Assembly: GCA_965220745.1 (NCBI GenBank)
Contig: CBDCQT010000012.1
Span: forward strand, 544,001 to 608,000
DNA from: Alphaproteobacteria bacterium
GTDB lineage: Bacteria > Pseudomonadota > Alphaproteobacteria > UBA828
Reading direction: 5' to 3'
DNA: 64,000 bases
Shown here piece by piece: positions 1-9,014 of the stretch. Position 1 is the first letter of the stretch; each line of letters starts with the position of its first letter. The position numbers and the translations under genes were made by a program. The notes beneath the pieces are model-generated. The model did no database searches. It worked only from the letters and a program-made list of their open reading frames with translations, and was not told where the DNA came from.

Positions 1-930
1 CGCATACCCGCGTCCATGTGCGGCATCGTCGGGCTCAAGCCGACGCATGGCCTCGTGCCCTATACCGGCGTCATGCCCATCGAACTCACCATCGATCACG
101 TCGGCCCGATGACCGACACCGTCGCCAACAACGCGCTGCTGCTGGAGGCGATTGCCGGCGTCGACGGGCTCGACCCGCGCCAGATCGGCGTGCCGGAGGT
201 CCCGTCCTACACGGCCGCGCTCGGCCAGGGCGCAGAGGGGATGACCATCGGCGTCGTGACCGAAGGCTTCGGCCACCCCAACTCGGAGCCCGCCGTGGAC
301 GAGACGGTCCGCGCCGCGATCGCCCGGTACGAGGCGATCGGCGCAAGCGTGCGCGAAATCAACATCCCCGAGCATCTGGTCAGCGGCGCCGTCTGGACCC
401 CGATCGGGCTTGAGGGCACGGTCGATTTCATGATCAACGGCAACGGCTTCGGCACCAACTGGAAGGGCCTCTTCGTCACCAGCCTGATCGACCGCTACGC
501 CCGTTGGCGCGAGCGCGCGGACGAGTTCCCGCACACGCTGAAGTACGCGATCCTTCTCGGCCAATACATGCTGAACCAGTACGGCGGGCGCTATTACGGC
601 AAGGCGCAGAACATCGCCCGCCGCATCCGCGCGGCCTACGATCGGGCGCTCGGCGAGTGCGACGTGCTCGTGATGCCGACTCTGCCCATCGTGGCGACGC
701 CCCTTGCGCCGGCGGATGCGCCGATCGACCTCTATATCCAGCGCGCCCACGAGATGCTGACCAACACCGCCTGCCACAACATCACCGGCCACCCGGCGCT
801 CACCATTCCATGTGGCATGAACGACGGCTTGCCGGTGGGCCTCATGCTGATCGGCAGGCACTTCGACGAAGCGACCATCTACCGCGCCGCCCACGCCTGG
901 GAGCAGTCCGTGGACTGGAAGACGCTCTGA
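1..930 (+). CDS. Amidase signature family protein (5' end outside window)
   Basis: Frame open from position 1 (RIPASMCGIVGLKPT, end of the amidase signature GGSIRxPA); DHVGPM and C-terminal GLPVGLMLIG typical of AS amidases. Confidence 0.9.
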   Translation, partial: RIPASMCGIVGLKPTHGLVPYTGVMPIELTIDHVGPMTDTVANNALLLEAIAGVDGLDPRQIGVPEVPSYTAALGQGAEGMTIGVVTEGFGHPNSEPAVDETVRAAIARYEAIGASVREINIPEHLVSGAVWTPIGLEGTVDFMINGNGFGTNWKGLFVTSLIDRYARWRERADEFPHTLKYAILLGQYMLNQYGGRYYGKAQNIARRIRAAYDRALGECDVLVMPTLPIVATPLAPADAPIDLYIQRAHEMLTNTACHNITGHPALTIPCGMNDGLPVGLMLIGRHFDEATIYRAAHAWEQSVDWKTL

Positions 931-961
931 GCGGCGGCGGCAAACCAGGGAGAACCACCAG

Positions 962-1594
962 ATGAAGCTCTACGAGTTTTCGCTTGCGCCGGGCCCGCGC
1001 CGGGTGCGCATGTTCATCGCCGAGAAAGGGATCGAGATTCCCTCCGTCCAGATCAACACCCGCGAGCGGCAGCAGTTCACCGACGAGTACCGCGCCGTAA
1101 ATCCCAACTGCGTGGTGCCCACGCTGGTGCTGGACGACGGCACCAGCCTGGGCGAGTCGGTCGCGATCTGCCGCTATCTCGAGGAGACCCATCCCGAGCC
1201 CAACCTGATGGGCCGCGACGCCAAGGAGAAGGCGGTCATCGAGATGTGGAACCGGCAGGCAGAGCTGGAGGGCTATCTCGCGGCCGTTGATGCGCTGCGG
1301 AACAGCGCGCCCATGTTCGAGGGTCGCGGGGTGGCCGGCGTGACCGGCGGGGTTCCCCAGATCCCGGCGCTGGCCGAGCGCGGCAGGCAGCTCATGGGGC
1401 GTTTCTTCGCCAAGCTCGACGGCCGGCTCGCGGAGAGCAGCCATCTCGCGGGCGACAGGTTCTCCATTGCCGACATCACGGCGTTCATAACGATCGACTT
1501 CTCCAAGCGCGCCGAGATCGAAATTCCCGAGGACTGCGCCAACGTCGCCCGCTGGTTTGCCGAAGTCGGCGCGCGTCCCAGCGCCTCGGCGTAG
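962..1594 (+). CDS. Glutathione S-transferase family protein
   Basis: N-terminal PGPRRVRMFIAEKG, VNP..VPTL, ESVAICRYLE and FSIADI motifs; GGAG RBS upstream. Confidence 0.92.
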   Translation: MKLYEFSLAPGPRRVRMFIAEKGIEIPSVQINTRERQQFTDEYRAVNPNCVVPTLVLDDGTSLGESVAICRYLEETHPEPNLMGRDAKEKAVIEMWNRQAELEGYLAAVDALRNSAPMFEGRGVAGVTGGVPQIPALAERGRQLMGRFFAKLDGRLAESSHLAGDRFSIADITAFITIDFSKRAEIEIPEDCANVARWFAEVGARPSASA

Positions 1595-1607
1595 GCGGCT
1601 CCAGCCC

Positions 1608-1704
1608 CGGGCCGTCAGGCCCGGACGGCGCGACTGCGCCGCGCGCGAATGCGCGTAGCCAAGCGAGCGGAGCGAGCGCCCGGCGACTGAGGGAAATGAA
1701 CTAA
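1608..1704. repeat. Dispersed ~95-bp multi-hairpin intergenic repeat, copy A
   Basis: Shares three hairpins and a 42-nt tail (agccaagcgagcggagcgagcgcccggcgaYtgagggaaatg, 1 mismatch) with 20496-20593. Confidence 0.85.
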
Positions 1705-1748
1705 CCGAGGCTTGCCGCCATCGCGTGGCCGCGCTATGAGGCCGGGCG

Positions 1749-2036
1749 ATGGACGTGCGCATCTACAGGCCAGCGAAGACGGCGACTCAGTCGGGCCGGG
1801 CGAAGACCAGCCGCTGGGTGCTGGAGCACGCGCCGCGCGGCCAGCGCGCGGTGGACAGCCTCATGGGCTGGACCGGCTCGGACGACACCACCCAGCAGGT
1901 CACGCTGAGCTTCGCGACCAAGCAGCAGGCGATCGCCTACGCCAAGCGCAAGGGCTTCGCTTACGTGGTGGACGAGCCGCAGTCGCGCCCTATCCGGCCC
2001 AAGTCCTACGCCGACAATTTCATTCGCAAGACCTGA
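1749..2036 (+). CDS. ETC complex I subunit conserved region protein (NDUFS4-like)
   Basis: RIYRPAKTATQSG, LMGWTGS.DT..QV.L.F and KSYADNF motifs. Confidence 0.9.
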   Translation: MDVRIYRPAKTATQSGRAKTSRWVLEHAPRGQRAVDSLMGWTGSDDTTQQVTLSFATKQQAIAYAKRKGFAYVVDEPQSRPIRPKSYADNFIRKT

Positions 2037-2048
2037 GCCCGGCGCCGC

Positions 2049-2966
2049 TCAACCCGCGAAACGGGGCTCGGGGATGCCCCTGATGCCGAGGCCGGTGACC
2101 GCAAACAGGCCGCCGGCGAGGAACTGCGGCTTGGCCTCCACCTGGAACATGTCGTGCACCGCCGGGTGCTGCACGCGGGCCATGGAGGTGACGTAGAGCA
2201 CGTCGAGGTTGTCGCCGCCGAACATCACGCTGGTGACGTTCTTCACCGGCATCCCGATGCGGCGCTCCACCGAGCCGTCGGGCGCATAGCGCACCAGCTC
2301 GCCGCCGATCACCTGCGCGTTCCAGAGGCAGCCTTCCTCGTCCACCGTCGAGCCGTCGGCGACGCCGGCGTCGTCCCTGGTCGAGGCGAACACCCGCTTG
2401 TTGGAGAGCGTGCCGGTCTCGATGTCGTAGTCGTAGGCCCAGAACTCCTCCTGGAAGCTGTCGGCCAGGTAGAAGGTCTTGTCGTCCGGGCTCCAGCACG
2501 GGCCGTTGGTGCAGATGATGCCGCCATCCACCTTGGTGACGCTGAGGTCCGGGTCGAGCCGCCACAGGCCGCAGATGGTGAGCTCCTCCTTGTCGTCCAT
2601 GCCGCCCGCGAAGAAGCGCCCGCGCCGGTCGCACTTGCCGTCGTTGAGCCGGGTGCGCGGCTGCTCGGCATCGACCTTGGTGATCAGCTCCATCTCCGCC
2701 TTGTCGTAGTCGAAGAAATAGAAGCCGTCGTCGAGCGCCATCACCGCGCCGCCGCCGGCACGCAGCGCCATCGCGCCGACATCATGCTCGCCGAGGGTCC
2801 AGTTCTCGACCTTGCCCGTGCGCGGGTCCATGCGCCAAAGCTCGGGCTTGCCGACCCGGCGCCCGGTGCCGTCCACCCAGTAGAGCCGGCCTTCGTCCAC
2901 GTCCCAGACCGGGCCTTCGCCCAGGTGGTTCTCGCAGTCGAGGATGCACTCGATCTTGATGCTCAT
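2049..2966 (-). CDS. SMP-30/gluconolactonase/LRE family protein
   Basis: LGEGPVW, RLNDGKCDRRGRF, NGPCWSPD and DGSTVDEEG motifs; start placed at MSIKIE rather than the ORF-track start. Confidence 0.9.
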   Translation of the reverse strand: MSIKIECILDCENHLGEGPVWDVDEGRLYWVDGTGRRVGKPELWRMDPRTGKVENWTLGEHDVGAMALRAGGGAVMALDDGFYFFDYDKAEMELITKVDAEQPRTRLNDGKCDRRGRFFAGGMDDKEELTICGLWRLDPDLSVTKVDGGIICTNGPCWSPDDKTFYLADSFQEEFWAYDYDIETGTLSNKRVFASTRDDAGVADGSTVDEEGCLWNAQVIGGELVRYAPDGSVERRIGMPVKNVTSVMFGGDNLDVLYVTSMARVQHPAVHDMFQVEAKPQFLAGGLFAVTGLGIRGIPEPRFAG

Positions 2967-3076
2967 GCGCGTCACCCCTTGGTTTGCCCGATGGTGGCGG
3001 CGGGTCGCGCCGCGCGCAAGGCCGCACGCATTGTCACCGCGCCACACGGCCGCTAAGAGGGGGCGGGGAGGACCGC

Positions 3077-3763
3077 ATGACCGCTCACGACATCGACCTC
3101 GCGGCGCTCGGCCGCTACGACACGCCCACCATCTGCAACGCGCTGCTCGCGATCGCGCCGGAGGCGGCGGGGCGCTCGACCAAGGCGACGCTCCACTGCG
3201 CGCGCCCCGATCTGCCGCCGATGGTGGGCTTCGCGCGCACCACGCTCTACCGCACGCTGGAGCCCGGCGGCCTCGACGCCGAGGCCGAGAAGGCGCAGGA
3301 CCTCGCCTGGTTCGACTACGTCGCCGCCGGGCCCGAGCCCCGCATCGTCGTGGTGCAGGATGGCGACACGCCCCACGCCGCCACCAACGCCCTATTCGGC
3401 GAGGTCATGAGCTTCATGCACAGCGCGCTCGGCTGCATCGGCCTCATCACCAACGGCGCCGTCCGCGACGTGGCCGGCATGACCGAGGGCTTCCAGGCGC
3501 TCTACGGCAGCCTCGCACCCAACCGCGCCGACTATCACCGGGTCGCCTTCGACTGCGAGGTCAACGTCTCCGGGCTCTACGCGCGCACCGACACGCTCAT
3601 CCATGCCGACGTGAACGGCGCCGTCGTCGTCCCGCCCGAGCTGGTGCCGCAGATTCTGGAGGCGGCGGTGGAGGTCACCAGGAAGGAGCAGGCGATCATC
3701 GACTTCTGCCGCGACCCCGATGTCACGGCAGACAGCTTCAAGCGCTTCTGGCGCGAAGGCTGA
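3077..3763 (+). CDS. RraA/HMG-aldolase family protein
   Basis: DTPTICNAL, GEVM, GAVRD and HADVNG motifs; GGAGG RBS before ATG 3077. Confidence 0.82.
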   Translation: MTAHDIDLAALGRYDTPTICNALLAIAPEAAGRSTKATLHCARPDLPPMVGFARTTLYRTLEPGGLDAEAEKAQDLAWFDYVAAGPEPRIVVVQDGDTPHAATNALFGEVMSFMHSALGCIGLITNGAVRDVAGMTEGFQALYGSLAPNRADYHRVAFDCEVNVSGLYARTDTLIHADVNGAVVVPPELVPQILEAAVEVTRKEQAIIDFCRDPDVTADSFKRFWREG

Positions 3764-3769
3764 AGGCCG

Positions 3770-4510
3770 GTGCGAATCCTCCTTCTGCAGAATCACGACA
3801 ACTCCGGGCCGGGTTACCTCGAAGAGCCGGCGGCACGGCGGGGCGTCCAGTTCGAGGCCTGCATGCCGCACCTCAATGCCGACGACCGGCTGCCCGAGGA
3901 CGACTCAGGCTACGACGGCTTCCTCCTCATGGGCGGCGCCATGCACGCGGGCCACGTGGAGGAGCATCCCTGGCTCGAGGACGCGGCGGCGCTGGTGCGG
4001 CGCTTTACCGAGGCGGAGAAACCGGTGCTCGGCGTCTGCCTCGGCTCGCAGATCGTGGCGCGCGCTTTCGGCGGGCGCTGCTACGACGTGGATGTGCCCG
4101 AGGTGGGCTTCGTGCCGATCCGGCTGACGCAGGCGGCGGAGAGCGACCCGCTACTCGGCCAGGGTTTCAACAATCCCGTCCACCTCGCCGAATTCCACAG
4201 CCAGACCTTCGACATTCCCGAGGGCGCCACCCGGCTCATGGTGGGCGAGGAGGTGCCCAACCAGGCTTTCCGCATCGGCGCCGCGACCTATTCCTTCCAG
4301 CCGCATTTCGAGGTGACGCCGGAGATGATGACGCATTGGGTCTCGATCTCCGACGAGATCGTGCCCACCCATTATCCCACGCTGCCCGACGCGCTGCCGC
4401 ACCAGCTGCAGCTCCACCACTACGCCTCGCACGATTTCTGCTACCGCGTGGGCGACGCCTGGCTCGACCTCATCGCCGCACGGGCGCGACGGGATGGGGC
4501 GAGTCGGTAA
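3770..4510 (+). CDS. Type 1 glutamine amidotransferase-like protein
   Basis: GVCLGSQ nucleophile elbow and QPHFE (Cys-His-Glu triad). Confidence 0.88.
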   Translation: MRILLLQNHDNSGPGYLEEPAARRGVQFEACMPHLNADDRLPEDDSGYDGFLLMGGAMHAGHVEEHPWLEDAAALVRRFTEAEKPVLGVCLGSQIVARAFGGRCYDVDVPEVGFVPIRLTQAAESDPLLGQGFNNPVHLAEFHSQTFDIPEGATRLMVGEEVPNQAFRIGAATYSFQPHFEVTPEMMTHWVSISDEIVPTHYPTLPDALPHQLQLHHYASHDFCYRVGDAWLDLIAARARRDGASR

Positions 4511-4511
4511 C

Positions 4512-4527
4512 GGTGGTGACCCCTACG
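4512..4527. repeat. Distal attachment site: copy of the tRNA-Glu 3' end
   Basis: ggtggtgacccctacg is identical to 18433-18448, covering the last 14 nt of the tRNA (including CCA) plus 2 nt. Confidence 0.85.
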
Positions 4528-4580
4528 ATCTGAGTCGACGCGACGACTGTACGCTGTGCGACCTTGAACCGAGACGCCGG

Positions 4581-4609
4581 CTCTTGCCTTGGAGGACGAG
4601 CGGCAAGAG
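4581..4609 (-). terminator. Hairpin downstream of higA
   Basis: ctcttgcc...ggcaagag 8-bp inverted repeat just after the higA stop; no clear U-tract. Confidence 0.35.
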
Positions 4610-4614
4610 TTACG

Positions 4615-4902
4615 CTACGCGGCTTCGACTCGCTCAACCTGTATCGTCTGCTCGAGGTGGCGGGACTGCGCCAGATCGAAGGCCAACTGCATGCCAAGCC
4701 ATGCCTCCGGCGTCGAGCCGAAGGCCTTCGATAGGCGATAGGCCATCTCGATGGAGACCGACGCCTTTTCGTTCACAAGGTTGGAAAGTGTCTGGCGCCC
4801 GACGCCGAGCCGCCTCGCGCCTTCGGTGACGGTGAGACCCAACGGCTTCAGGCAGTCTTCGCGAACGATGGCACCGGGATGGACGGGGTTCTTCATGGCC
4901 AT
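4615..4902 (-). CDS. higA: HigA family antitoxin (HTH XRE)
   Basis: MKNPVHPG.IVRE, GVGRQTLSNLVN, SIEMAYRL.KAFGSTPE.WL.MQ..FDL; AGGAG RBS. Confidence 0.93.
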   Translation of the reverse strand: MAMKNPVHPGAIVREDCLKPLGLTVTEGARRLGVGRQTLSNLVNEKASVSIEMAYRLSKAFGSTPEAWLGMQLAFDLAQSRHLEQTIQVERVEAA

Positions 4903-4913
4903 CGTAGTGTCTC

Positions 4914-5042
4914 CTAGTGGTAGTCCAGGTAGTCGACATCCACGGCGTGTCTGTCCTCGAACCGGAACGTCACTCGCCAGTTGGCGGAGACGGATACGGC
5001 ATAATGCCTCTGCAGGCGACCGATTTGACCCCCGCGGCTCAT
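4914..5042 (-). pseudogene. higB: 5'-truncated HigB (RelE/ParE-family) toxin, C-terminal part only
   Basis: Hand translation gives MSRGGQIGRLQRHYAVSVSANWRVTFRFEDRHAVDVDYLDYH*, the typical HigB C-terminus; the N-terminal half is replaced by the end of the OCD gene. Confidence 0.85.
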
Positions 5043-5981
5043 GCGTCTTCCTCAAAATTCGCGTGGGCGAGTGTCGCAGCCCCGAGATCGGCAAGCGCGG
5101 AGCCGGAGGACTTGAAGAGCGTGATTTCCTGTTCGTCGCCGCGGCCGGCGACGGTTCCCCGGCAGAGGCCCGTCAGGTCGCCCGCGATCCGCTCCTCCGT
5201 CAGCGCGCCGGACCGGATCGGCCCGATGATGTCGCCGCTCTCTTTCAAGGCTCCCTCCGTATCGATGTAGACGCGCGCGGCGCACCGCCGCGTCGTCGGC
5301 TTCGCGCATGTGGGGCCTGAAGCTCCCGATCAGGTCGAGATGCTGTCCAGGCCTGAGCCACGCGCCCGCGATCAGTGGGTCGATTGCCAGCGTCGCGCAG
5401 CTGATGATGTCGGCGTCCGCCACCGCAGCCTCGAGATCCGTCGCGGCCGCGGCACGAAACCCCGCGCCGTTCAGCCTTCGCGCCAGCCGTTCGGCATTCT
5501 CCGCATTGATGTTCCAGACCGTGACATCCTCGATCGGACGCACGGCACGAAACGCATCCGCCAGGTTGGCGGCGACCCGCCCGGCGCCGACCACCAGCAG
5601 CCGGCGCGCGTCCGCGGGCGCCAGGTGGCTCGCCGCCAGTGCGGCGGTGGCGGCGGTGCGCCGGTCGGTGAGTTCGCCGCCGTCCAGCGCCGCCAGGTGC
5701 CGCCCGGTCTTCGCATCGAAGAGAAGATAGGACGAGGACACCGAGGGGACTCCGGCGGCCGCGTTGCCCGGATTGACGTTCACGATCTTGACCCCGCCCA
5801 GGCCCGCCGGGTTCCACGCGGGCATCAGGAGCAGCGCCGCGTCCGGCTGCCCGTCAAGCGCGATGGCGTGGTGATGCCGCAAGGGCGCGGCGGCGCCGGC
5901 CCGGAACATCTCCCGCAGCGCCTCGATCAGCGCGCCGAACGGCAGCAGGTCTCGGGTCTCTTCGGCACTGAAGACACGCAT
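5039..5981 (-). pseudogene. Ornithine cyclodeaminase/mu-crystallin family (LhpI-like imine reductase), frameshifted
   Basis: LLMPAW, GVKIVNV, ELTDRRTAA and GAGRVA motifs; the C-terminus (VYIDT..ESGD...TLFKSSG.ALADL) is in another frame after a (CG)n run at ~5271-5280. Confidence 0.85.
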
Positions 5982-6009
5982 GGTTACCTTCCTCGATTTC
6001 GTAGCGGGG
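5930..6009. repeat. 80-bp direct repeat, copy 1 (OCD start and leader)
   Basis: 75/80 identical to 17501-17580 by manual alignment. Confidence 0.92.
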
Positions 6010-6190
6010 CAATGCAGCCTTTCGGGCCGGTGCTCCCCACCGGCCGGCGTGGCCCTGCGGCGGAAGTCACGTCCGGGATTCTATGACACCGTCCTCGTTG
6101 ATGCAGCGCGCGGCGCCGGGACCAGGCGGTCCTAGCCCGCACGCCCGCGCGGGATTCGACGTTGGGCCTTGCAGTGCTACCCAGTAGCCG

Positions 6191-7705
6191 TCACGGCACC
6201 ATCGGACCGGCCCACCGATTGAGGCCAACGTCGTCGTCCGCAACGCGCAAGTGCATTTCGCGCCAATATGGCAGCAGCCTGTCGGCGTCTTCGGCCACCC
6301 GGGCGAGATCCTGCCGGAACCCGGCAGAGAGGTGACGCACTTCCTCCTTGACCCACTCCTCGTCCACCGTGAGCACATTCCCGTTCTCAACGACAACCTC
6401 GCCGCCCACCATCGTGAGGACGACGGACGAGCCGTTCTCGCTGTAAATCAGTTGCCGTCGCAAGTCGTTGAGCGGCGTAAAGGCCGTTGTGTTGAGATCC
6501 AGCAGAATCAGATCGGCCTGGTAGCCTGGCGCCAGCATTCCAAGCTCGTCCTGGAGGCACATGCCGCGGGCTCCGCCACGAGTCAAAGACCACAGAAGCT
6601 CGGATGCCTTGGGCCACTTCAGCCAATCCGGCTCCGAAATTCTGTGCATCACACCGGCGGTTTTCGCTACACCCCAGAGATTGAAGGTGCCATCCACCGC
6701 CATGTCATCTATTCCGAGGCCAATGGGAATTCCTCTGTCCCAAAGGCGCCGATAAGGCATGACACCGCTACCGATCCACAGGTTGCTTACAGGATTGTGA
6801 ACCACCGAGCAGCCGCAGTCCGCGATGGCATCAATGTCGTGTTCATCCGCCCAGATGGCGTGAATGATCATGACATGTTCATCCAGGCATCCGAGATCCC
6901 TCGCATATTGGAAGAACGACTTTCCATGTTTATGGAGTGCCAGAACTCTTTGGTACTTCTGTTCGCCGATATGCATGTCAAACGCCAATCCATGCTTCCG
7001 GCTCAAACGGGAGAGCGCCCTGAAGTAATCGGAAGTTACGCGTTCCGGGGTAGATATTGACACCGCGGCACGCAAGCGGCCGCCTCCAGCACCGTGCCAC
7101 CGCTCAATATAGCGATCGTAAAGCCCTAACAGGTGGTCCGGTGAAATTGCTGCGGCAGACTCGTCCATTCGCTGCCGAATCTCGTTGGGCAGCATGTCTT
7201 TAACGTACGGATACTTCTCGTATTCTGGAACGATGGGGTAGGCGATCGTCGCCGTTGCACGCATTCCGGAATCCAGATAGGCCTGCATGGTACCGTCAAT
7301 TGAAGCCTCCGTCGGAACCGGCGCGTAATGCGGGTCGTCGTGAACGGCCGTGATGCCGTTCTTCAGCATTTCGATGGCGCCCCAAAGTACGCGTACGTAA
7401 TGGAGATGCCGGTCCGGCGGCTCCGTGCTTCCGTACCCGTAAAGCATGAGCACGGAGAGCGGTACGTCCAGATCCACACCGCGCATCAGATTGCTTCCGG
7501 AGTGGAGATGTCCGTTGACAAGGCCCGGCATGGCGAGGAGCCCTTCGGCATCGATCACACGCAGATCGCGCTCGCTCTCGGAAGGACGGATATCGGGTTC
7601 AAGTGCCTCGATCTTCGTCCCGCGGACAAGAATGTCGGCCCGTTCAAACTCGGTGTCGTGGTCATCCATTGTGAGCACGCGCGCATTCTTGATGAGTACC
7701 GCCAT
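6191..7705 (-). CDS. Amidohydrolase, ATZ/TRZ (chlorohydrolase/deaminase) type
   Basis: MPGLVNGHLH (HxH), HIGE (HxxE), IHAIW, HNPVSN, GIDD and GYQADL motifs. Confidence 0.9.
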   Translation of the reverse strand: MAVLIKNARVLTMDDHDTEFERADILVRGTKIEALEPDIRPSESERDLRVIDAEGLLAMPGLVNGHLHSGSNLMRGVDLDVPLSVLMLYGYGSTEPPDRHLHYVRVLWGAIEMLKNGITAVHDDPHYAPVPTEASIDGTMQAYLDSGMRATATIAYPIVPEYEKYPYVKDMLPNEIRQRMDESAAAISPDHLLGLYDRYIERWHGAGGGRLRAAVSISTPERVTSDYFRALSRLSRKHGLAFDMHIGEQKYQRVLALHKHGKSFFQYARDLGCLDEHVMIIHAIWADEHDIDAIADCGCSVVHNPVSNLWIGSGVMPYRRLWDRGIPIGLGIDDMAVDGTFNLWGVAKTAGVMHRISEPDWLKWPKASELLWSLTRGGARGMCLQDELGMLAPGYQADLILLDLNTTAFTPLNDLRRQLIYSENGSSVVLTMVGGEVVVENGNVLTVDEEWVKEEVRHLSAGFRQDLARVAEDADRLLPYWREMHLRVADDDVGLNRWAGPMVP

Positions 7706-7967
7706 GGCGTCGTCTCCCCTTCGACCGAGCCCGAATCGAGGCTATCACGAATGTTGCCGGGATAATCTGCACATCATGCTGGGCGTCCCGCCGCGAGATA
7801 TCCGGGTCGAGATCGGACGCTGAGCGACGGGAGACGGTGCGCACCTGATGACCGACGAGGGCGGAATACCCGGCTCGAATAAGGGGCGGCGAATTGCGTA
7901 GGCGCTTCACCCCAACTCACTGTAGAGTCGCACGCTTGAAGCCGTTCGACCGTGCTGGAGCGCAGTC

Positions 7968-9014
7968 ATGGGCAGGACGGGTGCCGAGCCGCAACGATGG
8001 GACGCGACAAGTCCCGCCCGGTCCGGAGATGCCGTCCTTTCGGTCGAGCGTCTGAGGACCTATTTCGACACGCCGGCCGGCGTGGTGAAGGCGGTCGACG
8101 ACGTCTCCTTCAGCTTGAACCGCGGGGACATTCTCGCCATCGTCGGCGAGTCCGGTTCGGGCAAGAGCGTCACCGCCCAGTCCATCATGAAGCTGGTCGC
8201 CATGCCGCCTGGCCGATACGCAAGCGGCCAGGTAGTCCTGGACGGAATCGATCTCCTGTCGCAGAGCGAAAGGGCGCTCGGCGCGATACGCGGCAAGCGC
8301 ATTTCGATGATTTTTCAGAACCCGCGTGCCGCGCTCAACCCTGCCTTTACCGTCTCGACGCTGATGGTAGAGACGCTGCGCCGCCACGATTCTTCGCTCT
8401 CGAAGACGGAGGCGGTCAAGCGCGCCGCGGCGCTCTTGCGCGCGGTCGATTTTCCCGATCCCGAGCGTGTTGCCGCGAGCTATCCCCATCAGATGAGCGG
8501 TGGCATGTGCCAGCGGGTAGGCGTGGCGCTGAGCATGGCCTGCGAGCCGGAAGTGCTCATCGCCGACGAGCCGACAACCGCCCTCGACGTTCTGGTGCAA
8601 GCGACGATTCTTCTTCTCCTGAAGCGCGCGCATGCGGAGCGCGGACTCTCGATCATTCTGATCACCCACGACTTCGGCGTCCTGCGGGCGCTGGCCACCC
8701 GAGTCATCGTCATGTACGCCGGGCAGATACAGGAGCAGGGCCGGGTCGACGACGTTCTCGCCAATCCGCAGCACCCGTACACGAAAGCGCTGATCCAGGC
8801 GGTGCCCGATCCGGATAGCACCGACCAACGGCTTCACCAGATCGAAGGCCAGCCGCCCGATCTGCTGAACCTGCCCGCCGGCTGCAGCTTCGCCGATCGC
8901 TGCGCCTTCGTCATGCCCAAGTGTCGGAGCGAGCGCCCGGAACTCTACGAGGCCGCAGCGGGGACCGACGTTCGCTGTCACTTGTTCGGGCCGGAAGCGA
9001 GCGCGCACCAGTGA
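7968..9014 (+). CDS. Peptide/nickel-type ABC ATP-binding protein (DppD/OppD-like)
   Basis: GESGSGKS, MSGGMCQRV, ADEPTTALD, HPYT and Cys-rich C-terminus. Confidence 0.93.
   Translation: MGRTGAEPQRWDATSPARSGDAVLSVERLRTYFDTPAGVVKAVDDVSFSLNRGDILAIVGESGSGKSVTAQSIMKLVAMPPGRYASGQVVLDGIDLLSQSERALGAIRGKRISMIFQNPRAALNPAFTVSTLMVETLRRHDSSLSKTEAVKRAAALLRAVDFPDPERVAASYPHQMSGGMCQRVGVALSMACEPEVLIADEPTTALDVLVQATILLLLKRAHAERGLSIILITHDFGVLRALATRVIVMYAGQIQEQGRVDDVLANPQHPYTKALIQAVPDPDSTDQRLHQIEGQPPDLLNLPAGCSFADRCAFVMPKCRSERPELYEAAAGTDVRCHLFGPEASAHQ

Noticed and set aside
7706-7967. Sigma54 promoter or small gene in the divergent region of the cassette
   Set aside because: No TGGCAC-N5-TTGC match seen and the short ORFs lack recognisable features
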